From contig CBDBMG010000003.1 in NCBI GenBank assembly GCA_965207375.1, positions 800,001 to 864,000 on the forward strand: a stretch of DNA of 64,000 bases, given 5' to 3'. This stretch comes from Nitrosopumilaceae archaeon (GTDB lineage: Archaea > Thermoproteota > Nitrososphaeria > Nitrososphaerales > Nitrosopumilaceae). Below, in pieces: positions 54,823 through 64,000 of the stretch; positions within the stretch are counted from its first letter, which is position 1; the number at the start of each line of letters is the position of its first letter. A program made the translations under genes and the position numbers. Below the pieces are notes generated by a model that saw only the letters and a program-made list of their open reading frames with translations, searched no databases and had not been told where the DNA came from.

Positions 54823-54886
54823 AAGGATACTAATTGGCCTCCTTGTAGGTGGGCATGCATGGTCACTGTACTACAAGGAGGCCGAC

Positions 54887-56492
54887 TTAAAAAGGATGCA
54901 TGTGTCTTGATAACTGCAAGTTGGCATCTTCAGTAGTACTACACTGTGGGTCTTGTTCACTTACTGAAGATGCATCAGTTTTTTTGTCAGCTGCTTTACC
55001 TTGAACCAAACGTGTGGCATCAGGATGGAAAATATGCAGCCATTCATCATAGCGTTCATCTGGGAGGTCATATTGTTCCTCCAGCCTTCTTTCAAATTTT
55101 TTGATTTCTTCTGCTGTAAATTCAGTAATTCGATTTCTCTGCCTAGTAGATGGCATGTATTTTCTGATATCTCCATATTTTTTTATATCTTCAGATTGTG
55201 AAGAACTTTCAAGACTTGGCTCAGATTCACTAAAAACTGAATTTGGACTACTTGGCAAATCATAGCTCTCTACCCTTTCTGCATGATCACCAGAAGTTGA
55301 ACTGCTACTATTTTTATTGCCAATAGACTGGTATTTTTTAGATCGTTTTTCCTTAGCCAATAATTGCTTTAATTCTTCTTCAAGTTCACGACATTTGGCT
55401 TTGATTTCAGATATTTCACCAGTAATTTCATCACAAACTTTGTAGTTCTTCATGTTAGCAGCAGCATTTACCCTTTTTTCTTTAAAAGAAATTCTTTGTC
55501 TTGAATCTTTAATTTCTTCTTCAATGTCCTGGATTCGTTTTTCACGAAAATCTTTACTTAACTTCGGACGCTTGATTGCTTTATTAGCGCTATTGTTCAA
55601 GAATCTTTTTGAGCGTGAATAGCCTTTCTTGAAATTATATCCACTGTTGTATACTGCTTTTTGATCAGCCTCTAATAACATACCTCTCTTTGCTAGAAGA
55701 CTGGGTTCTCGTATAGCTATGTCTTGTGCACATTTATTGATCTCCTTTTGATAGTTGCTTAAAGGACGATTTTTTTCTTTTTTGTAAATAACTGCCTCGT
55801 CACGTACACCTTGTTCTAAATCAGGTTTCAATTGCTATATAATCAATAGAATATGTACATGAAACTAATTTGCAATTTGTCATAAAAATTAAATTACAAC
55901 AACAAATTAACTTGGAAAAGTATAAAATGCACTGTGCTAGCTGTCTAACTATATAAATTCATCTTTATTGCATGTACCTTCAAATGTGGTTTACATAGGG
56001 TCAACTTAGAAGATGTCGGACAAAGACGAAGTTGCTGAGCATCATACTTTGATGGTACTGATTCAACACTAGTTACTTCCACATCAGATAGCTAATTCAA
56101 AATCAGTGATAAAAACCATATAACAACCAAACAGACATGTACACACTATTTCACTATAGCCATATTTTGCAAGCACAAACCTGTGAAATATCACTAGTTT
56201 CCTTCAGTGATGAAATACTAGGCATGACTTCTGGCTCCAATGTCATCTTTATTACACTCTTATCAGGTATAATCTGTGTTTTCTCAATATCAATAAATAT
56301 TCCACCCCAATTAACATCCTGCAATTGAAACACGAGTCCAGGTTTTTGATGTTCATAAGGTGGCAAAATGTCAGAAAATGTTTGTAGGGCAGAGGCCTGC
56401 AGTGACTCCAGAGATGCCGCCTTGCCTAATCTCACTACCCTTCTCCTTTCACCAAAACAAACTAATACTTCCTTATCACATGTTTCTTCCAT
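54887..56492 (-). CDS. Spliced accessory gene of the Zator-like element
   Basis: Probable exons 56492-56181, ~56091-55978, ~55834-54887; N-terminal beta-grasp-like segment (VLVCFGERRRVV..WGGIFIDI), coiled coil, FERRLEEQYDLPDERYDEWL. Confidence 0.6.
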
Positions 56493-57339
56493 ATTAAATC
56501 TTCGAACTACGCACGTTATTTATATGGAAAAGGAAAACGCACAAAACAACAAGAACCACGTTGAAACAAAAAAAGTTCGTACGAAATTTTATAAAGACGA
56601 GAGAATGATTTATAATACAGTATGGTCAGGTATTTTTGTATGTTTGACCTTTATACGTAGCTATTTGAATGTTCAATCTTTGTGAAATTGCTGTGCAAAT
56701 GCCCCTACCCTGGGGACAAATTTAGGTGACAATCCCCTACAAATCCCCACCCGTAGCGCGACCCGGGGTACCTGGGGCTTGACAATGATAGGTGCATTAT
56801 CGTTTCGTTTAACCAAGATACAGCATCATTACAGCCTTACCAATGCATTCCAGCTGGTTTTTTCGGGTAAAGCCTATTGCAAGGTTGATTTTTAAAGCGC
56901 AAAATTTTCCCGAAGCCGTACAATTTCTTACCAATCCCTACTATTAAGTACTACCGTACTTAATGATATACAACATTGAACACAACTTCAAAAAATCTGA
57001 TTCGTTCAGTAGCCCTACAACACACTTGTGTTGTGAATGTTTTGACATTAGCTCAAATACACGTGCATCCTTGTTATAACAGGTTTTAGGTGATGCATAA
57101 ATGTACAAAATATTTTCCAAGGTGCCAAATTGTCGATGCTAACTTTTGATAATATTCAAACATTGTTGGTGGTGCATCATCACCTGCAAGCTCTTTGTAA
57201 TTTTTTGAACCTTTATTCTCCGACAACAAAGTGTTCATGTTTGCATTATGCTTTGAATAGGCAATAATCGACACTTGAATGAAAACAAGCAAATAGTCTC
57301 CAATTTTGTTGGGGAGAATTCCAACCCCATCTATAATTG

Positions 57340-57776
57340 GGACCGCCAACATCCCTGAGTGCCAAGAAATATACCTGAACTTGCTGGTCTAATTCTTTCC
57401 CCAACAACTAAGGACTACCCTTTAATCCTTTGGGAAGCCGTTCAATGCTAACATCTTTACTATCTCATTATCCCTTGTCTTTCTGGTAATCTCATGTACG
57501 TAACTAATCTTCCAGTCCCGTACAGTACTCTCTTTCAGCTGAGGTACTTCTTTAGCAAAACGTCTTATCGCATTTGTAGTACCATTTTGTGCAGCATATT
57601 AAATTTTACCAATTCTAGACTTTTGTTCAGGTGTCAAATGCGCACGTTTTCCACCTTTGCCATCACTTTCAGCTATTCTTATAGCCACTTCTTTGTTCGT
57701 TTCCTCTATTGAAGTAGATGGTACAACCTAATTTGTTCACGCTCCTGTTTGAAATACTTGAAAAACATTAATGCCA
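57340..57776 (-). pseudogene. pogo/Tc2-like transposase N-terminal fragment
   Basis: LTPEQKSRIGK, LKESTVRDWK, LLGKELDQQVQVY..ALRDVGG (HTH-psq/CENP-B-type); degenerate. Confidence 0.55.
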
Positions 57777-58254
57777 TTTTATTACGTATTTAATATTTAC
57801 CAGCTACAATTAAAAGTTTCTTGACCATTTATTATTTGCTAGAAAATATTTGCGATTGCTTCCAACTTTGTGAAATTTGTTTGATTCCCAATATAAGGTG
57901 TTTTGTACTTGTCAAATTACGCACTAATTTATCTAGTGATGCTTCATACGTATACTGTAAAGTTTCGAGTTGCCCGTACTTCACTTGATCTTTTAAGATT
58001 TTTAGTTGCAAGGCAGGATATGCAAGCATTTCCATTGCAAAACAATTTTTGTTCTGAACTGTCTGGGAGATTCTCTATAGCTACACTCAACTACATTTGT
58101 GATGTTATATTGAAACCCACAATCAAATCCTATAGGGCTCACTATATAAAGGATTGATCAATACCTACTATATAAATGGAACTTCTGCAGATCAAAGCTA
58201 GGCCTCTTTATATATTAACAGGTACTCGTTATTGTTGGGCTCTATTTTATTGTT

Positions 58255-58743
58255 GTCTAGCCTTACTAAATCGTCGAATGCCTTTTCAATTGGCTTTGCT
58301 AGTGCTACCAGGTTCCTGATCAGCTGATAGGTTGACGATCCTACCACGCTTAATAGGATTGCACGCTTTTTAGCTGCTGCGTCCACGTCATTTGCAGTAA
58401 AGTACTCCTGTAGTCTTTCACTGTAAGATGTCCAGTCTTCCTTTTGAGGATCATATTCTCCAATGGTTCCGTGATTAGCCATAGTTATTCGTTTATCCTT
58501 GTCGCCAGTGTAATATTTGCTGCGATATCTACTACAGATTTATGAACTGAACTATATAAGAAAACTCTAGCTATTTATACTGAAGGTATACAAAGGCACA
58601 ATAAATGAATAGTATAATGGAAAGTATAAAAAGGAATATGGCCTATAGCTAGACTATTAAACTGCAGTATGTTAAATCATTCATTTACAATAACCTAAAG
58701 TACTCTACTTAGAAATGACCTACGTAACTACTTATCTATAACA
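58255..58743 (-). mobile_element. Gypsy 5' LTR, primer-binding site and gag start
   Basis: LTR ~58743-58509 (TG..CA), PBS TGGCGACAAG at 58507-58498, gag ..EDWTSYSERLQEYFTANDV..KRAILLSVVG. Confidence 0.8.
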
Positions 58744-58809
58744 ATGTTCATTGTTCAGTATTCTATTTATTACAATACACTTCTGAACAAAAAGTTCAAA
58801 ATAGGCTTT

Positions 58810-60280
58810 AAATATGTTTCTTCAAAGAAAATCCGTTGCCGTAAAATGCTACCTTGCCTCCACAAAACAAAATCGCAATACTTTGTATTTGTTAACAACA
58901 TCTGCAACTGAACTTGACAGAAGTAAGATGCTCTTTTTTCAGAATCAATGTTACTTTATCCAAACACAATGAAGGATCCAGTGCTTTTTCTTCAAATTTC
59001 ATATTCCAGCATGAATATAGGCATTTAATTTCCAAAGTTTCATGGTCACAACACATACACTGCACAAGGCCAGCAGAAGATGCTCCTAAAAATGGCAACT
59101 CTCGGCTTACAGCCCTACTTTACATAATTTAAACGAGTGATGGTCAATTATCATGATTTCTTCATAAAGCTTTCTTGCTCCATCTTCATGCTGGCAGCCA
59201 TATTGGCATGCCTTACCAGCAAAAACACTTGATTCTGGATAGCATACAGATTTTAGCAAGGATACCAGTGGTTTGTGCAACTTTGTTCGTGTAGCTTAGA
59301 AGCGGTGACACGCCCAGCTCGTTGCTAAAACCACAGCTTCGATTTGGATTGGCTTCTTGTGTGGAGCTCTATTGCACAGGTTTGTTCTTCTGTAATGGTG
59401 TCACCACATCAGAAGCTTCATTCTCAAACTTTTTATCAAACAATGAAGTTAGCAATGATGGCAGTACTCCTTTGATGTACAAAGGTACATAAGCATCACT
59501 GTATGGCTCGACTAAAGAAAGAAAAACTGGCTTATGCTTGAATTTACTAAGTTGTAAATAATAATCACTTATTTGGGCTTCAGTTGGTTTCAAAACATGT
59601 CGAACCGAGGAGTGAGGATTATCATCAAGTGCTACTTTTTGTTTTTGCTGTGGAGTCCTAAAATCTATTTTACTCACAGGTAAAAATTCCACAGTACAAA
59701 AAGAAGGAGGTAGCCAATTGCATGGCAATGATGTATAAGAGAGGTTTTGCTTAGCCTGAGTGTTGGCCTCCACTAAAAAACTAACAGCTGCGGTGTTTGA
59801 ACAAACCTCTCCAATCCCAGCCATGTATGTACAGTGTGCACTTATTGCTTCTCCATCTAATTTGAGGGCCACCCAGACTTTCAAAAGTGTAGCTGAAAGT
59901 GTCTAAGAATGTTTAACTTGTGCTACAGCTACACATTTGGCACTCTGTTCAATTTTCACCACCTTGACTCCGCTATTCCACCCATTACAAAAAGATTGTA
60001 ACCGACTTTTGTATGATTTAAGCATCTCATGGGTGTACTTACTTGGTGTCTGAATCAAGTGGTTATAAATGTCCACGTAGGTGACACTCGGCCAGTTAAG
60101 CCACTCCATTTCTGCATTGTAGTTCCCGATTTTATCCCGGGTTTTTTCTTTGCCACCCCTCTGAAGTAAACAAAACGGGTCGGCAGTGGCTTGAAGCTGT
60201 GCAACTTTATCCTGGTAACATTTCTTGCCAGCTTCATCGCTAAGTTCTGTCAAATATTGTGATGGCACGAATCCACTCAT
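58810..60280 (-). pseudogene. SWIM + YqaJ exonuclease gene (ISL2EU-type transposon ORF)
   Basis: VTYVDIYNHLI, LKSYKS, AQVKHS, WVALKLDGEAISAHCT.MAGIGEVCS, PFLGASS.GLVQCMCC..LEIKC; possible terminus near 60354. Confidence 0.8.
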
Positions 60281-60593
60281 CAGTTCATCAATCCACCCAA
60301 AATGATGGCATAAAATTTTCACGTGATGTGGGCAACGCCCCCTGCAAGTCCTCTATACAACCGACAATAGAAAAATACAAAATCAGACTGTCATCAAACA
60401 TGCATGCTACAAGTAAATTCTTAACATCTATTATAAAAAGTTGTCTATCCCCTCTATTAAGGATTTAATTTGTCAGTTTAGCATCAATTGTTGGTGTACA
60501 TATCAAAAAATATTCCGTAAAAATGAAAGTAAATATTTCCATATATCTTTACAAATGAATACAGCTTTATTCCGTACACTTATTAATTTGAAA

Positions 60594-61380
60594 ATGTCTG
60601 GAAGACCGAAGCATTCGGTTAGCAGGCTAAATTATTCTGAATTGGCAGATATTAAAATTCCAAGAAGATCTCTAAGTACCAAAGTAAACGAGACTACTTT
60701 GCCTAAATCTTCAACACTTTACCAATTAAAGATTCTAGAGCGTGATGAAGAAAACAAGCGAGTAAAAGTGAGGTATATTGGGTACAGTAGGAAGTATGAT
60801 GAATGGAGAAAGGCAGATGATATTGTTGATTTAAATGAGAACGATAGTAGTTTGGATGAAGGAGCTTCGTTGTTGCTAGGCAGGCACCAGCTACGTATCT
60901 AAGTTTTGTCTATTTGAGGAATTAGCGTGCCAAATAAAATCATCATTGGTCTCTAATAGAAAGGCTGATCCTGTTTGCTCTATCGTCATGAGCTTTGATA
61001 GTTTACACTTTGAAGCTCTCATTCGACGAGGTGCTAGAAATGGAACAAAAGGCAAATGTGAAGTCTATGGTTTGTCATCACTGTCTAAGTTAGACGATTT
61101 GTTGGGAGAGAGATGGTATATGAGGGGGCTAAATTCAGCTGGAGATTTCTGCTATATTGAACCAGGTACTGTGAAGTTTTATTTAAAGTGCCAACGCCAA
61201 AAAATTAATTTCCAACTACAAGATGATGACACTATGAAGACACAATATTTTGGCAGTAGATGTCATTTAGTGTTCCAATTTGTAAGAAGTAATGGAACCT
61301 TAGCACAGTGGAATAGTATCCTCCGCTCATGCTACAGTCAACTTTTATACAGCGTATATTATATGTACTGTGCATTATAA
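60594..61380 (+). pseudogene. Chromo-barrel (Tudor-knot) domain protein, broken by one 4-bp insertion
   Basis: KILERDEENKRVKVRYIGYSRKYDEWR; deleting CGTA at 60894-60897 joins ORFs 60441-60902 and 60946-61380 into one ~260-aa frame. Confidence 0.75.
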
Positions 61381-61389
61381 CACTATAGC

Positions 61390-64000
61390 CTACATATTCA
61401 TTGTGGGGCATGTTCTCTTGTTGTGGCCTATTGTCTTGCAAGTAGAACATATGTGTGTGTGCTTAATTGTAAAATGTTGTTGATCAGTCAGCTCTTCCAA
61501 ACGGTTCAATTTAAGCATGATTTGTCTTAATGCTTCCTCACTCCTGTGATTTGTGCTCTTGAAGTAATCTTTTGTAATATCATCATTTAATTTTTCTACG
61601 CCTTGTTGGGAGAATTTAGCAAGACTTCCAACATCCCTTAAAAGTTTTGGTACATGTGCAACCAACACATGCATATAAGGGGTAACATTCTTTGTTTGAT
61701 ATAGGGATTTAAATAGAGTTATCCAACTTGTAGTTTTTTTCGTAAAATCTTCGATTTCTTGTTCATCCATGTTTTTGTTTGACCATAGAAGTTCATATAT
61801 ATTTTTGAACATGTCCCAAAGTGTTTGAACATCTCTTGCATTTCTTAAACTGGGAAAAAGTTTAGGAATATTAATTGATTTGAATAGCTTTAATTTTCAG
61901 GTCCAGTTAAGTCTCTCCATTTTAAGGTTCTTGATTCTTGGTCCATGTACATGTCAAAGGGGATTTTGCAGCAGTCATTTAAGTATGTGATATATGTATT
62001 AAGGTGTTTTGCTGTAGTTTGATTAAATTCATTTTTTTTCAATTTTTCAATTCCGTCCATTCTTCTTAACTCAAGAATTAGTGAGTTGGTTAGTATGTTA
62101 CTAATCCTTAGGAACAAATGTAATATGTCGGGTATTACTTGATTAATCGGTATAGATGGAAACAGTGGTTGATGTATACAACCATACTTTTCTGTATTTT
62201 TCCCTATGGCAAGACGTTGAATTTCTTCAACTGTTCTTCCACCATCTTCAACAGAACACCATGATTTAGAAATATCGTGCCTTTGTTTTGCTGGACACTT
62301 ACACCATATACAAGAGTATTTAGCATGTGCAGCTTGTATGCCCAGACAGATTGCTAAGTATTTCATATCTGCACCTAAGAAAAATTGAATGTTAAATTTT
62401 TGGCCATCAATAGTGATTGATTGTATTGATTGTATTTCATTAGCAATGTCCTTTACTGCTTCTGACAAGTATTCATATTTTTCCTGGGAATTGAGCATAG
62501 CAATAGTGTGGTTCCCGCTAGGTGAATTGGGGTTTTCGTTACCATTACTAGAACATGCATACTGCGGCTAACCTGTGTGCCGTCACCAGTTATTTTCACC
62601 TTTACAGATGATTTCTTTGAAGGCTTGGATTTATTTTCACCATGTGTTCCAGTCGTACTGTAAGGCGGTACGGTACAGCTCGATTTAAACTTGAAGCACG
62701 CGTGCGGGTGACACGCATGTATTTCGTAGCTCATCTCAAGTATTTTTCAAATTCGTGCGTGTCTGTAGACAACTGCACGAGAATTTCGCGAGCCATACAC
62801 GCACGTATGACGTCGCCTAACATGCTCGCGTACGTACGTGCATGGACGCACGTTACAATCCACGCACATTCACTAAGGAATTTTGATCGCCACCAGTAAC
62901 TCTGTTCAGTGTGCAAGCGCACGAGACGACAATCCTAACGTGCACGTTCGTCAAACTTACATGCATGGTTTAAAGATGGTCCATTCATGATGGATTGCGT
63001 GCAATAACTTTATTCTCTTGTGGATATTCCATTTCTTCTGTTCGTAAAAGGCTCATAGACTGAGGGACAACAACTTCAACTGACACGTGTTACTTCACCA
63101 TTATTTAGAACCACCGATGCACGTGATGCGGACAGATGTAGGAGGGCGTGTGAAGTGTCCTTATTGATGCAGTTTAAGTTTCAGCCAGTTACAAAGTACG
63201 TACGTACGTCCATACGGTACGGCTTTATATTGTTTTATTGTTATCCCTAGTCGAGTAACAGGTTCATTCATGTTACGAGCTAAATGCACGCCGAGATACA
63301 CGAGTCTCGAGTGCATAACTCGTAACGAGTGTTGTTACTCTCCACGGGCGGTTTATACGTCATTAATCTCCAGTGCGCTCGCGAGCACGTAGCGAATATT
63401 TCTATGCTCGTGCAGTGCGCGTGCAGTTGCACATGCGTGTGTTCTTAAAGTTTAAATCGAGCTGTACCGTATTTAAGTGATTGCTGTATTCCTAGAATTG
63501 GCCCTGGTGTAGGACAAATGGTACTATTACAGTCCATTTCTTTGGATGTTTTATTTAAGGTTAACCAGCGTGGTAATGATGGATGGACTATAGATAGTTC
63601 ATGATATGCTTTGTCAGAAATATTGAACCTTTCCTTTACATATAAGGTTTGTTTAGTGATAGTATTATTATTTTCTGATGTACGTTGTGGTTTTATTAAT
63701 GTAATTGAGCCATCTTGGTGTATTGATAACATTTCGTTAGTCTCGATATTTCTCATTTCTACGTTTGATGGTTGAAAATGGGTATTTTCTGTAAATTTTA
63801 GTGATATGCATACATTGCTTGCTATCTGCTTTTTCTGTTGACTCTTGTATTGTGTACTGTATTGTGACCAAGATTTATTATGCTTAGTTACCTTGGGACC
63901 AAGTGATGTAGCAAGTTGTTTGTGTTTTTCCTGTGCTTTCTGTAGCTTTATGTTGGCATCCTTTATAATAATTGCTGACAGTTTCCTAAATCTTCTTGTA
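61390..64000 (-). pseudogene. Transib/Chapaev-related (RAG1-like fold) transposase
   Basis: KITGDG (D1), FLGADMK (D2), YSCIWCKC, IPDILHLFLRI, VTPYMHVLVAHV, FSQQGVEKLN (E), C-terminal CxxCxxxGHxxxxC knuckle; frameshifts and a MITE insertion; 5' end beyond the window. Confidence 0.75.
62671..63469. mobile_element. Non-autonomous CGGTAC-ended element, TA TSD
   Basis: TA|CGGTACAGCTCGATTTAAACTT ... AAGTTTAAATCGAGCTGTACCG|TA; interrupts the transposase frame (QQSLKY|RLTVRLEH). Confidence 0.92.

Larger units (their letters stand above)
51408..56796 (-). mobile_element. Complete 5.4-kb Zator-like DNA transposon
   Basis: 32-bp perfect TIR TGCACCTATCATTGTCAAGCCCCAGGTACCCC, 3-bp TSD TTA, CAAATCCCC subterminal repeats; interrupts a repeat whose empty copy is at ~31135. 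Confidence 0.9.

Overview
AT-rich animal (eukaryotic) genomic DNA with very short (~50 bp) GT-AG introns, most like a demosponge (inference, not checked). Nearly the whole window is nested, mostly decayed transposable elements: two P-superfamily (THAP9-like) elements, two Tc1/IS630-type DD34E transposases, one complete hAT (ZBED-like) element, a complete 5.4-kb Zator-like element with a PHD finger plus a second decayed copy, a Transib/Chapaev (RAG1-like) transposase, ISL2EU (SWIM/YqaJ), Gypsy LTR, Helitron and pogo fragments, and many MITEs. Host-type sequence is limited to three tRNA-Arg(CCT) copies, tRNA-Asp relics and a 5'-partial, frameshifted TRMT2A copy that is duplicated as a large palindrome. 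Main observations: (1) several cut-and-paste elements carry a second, often spliced, gene encoding a chromatin/DNA-binding module (four BEN-domain genes, a chromo-barrel gene tail-to-tail with a RAG1-like transposase, a P element whose C-terminal-like domain is a separate convergent gene); (2) recurrent 4-bp TA-CG-TA insertions break unrelated ORFs and match the CG termini of local TA-targeting elements; (3) tiny P-type TIR-only remnants with 7-bp TSDs. All family assignments come from motif recognition by eye, not database searches.
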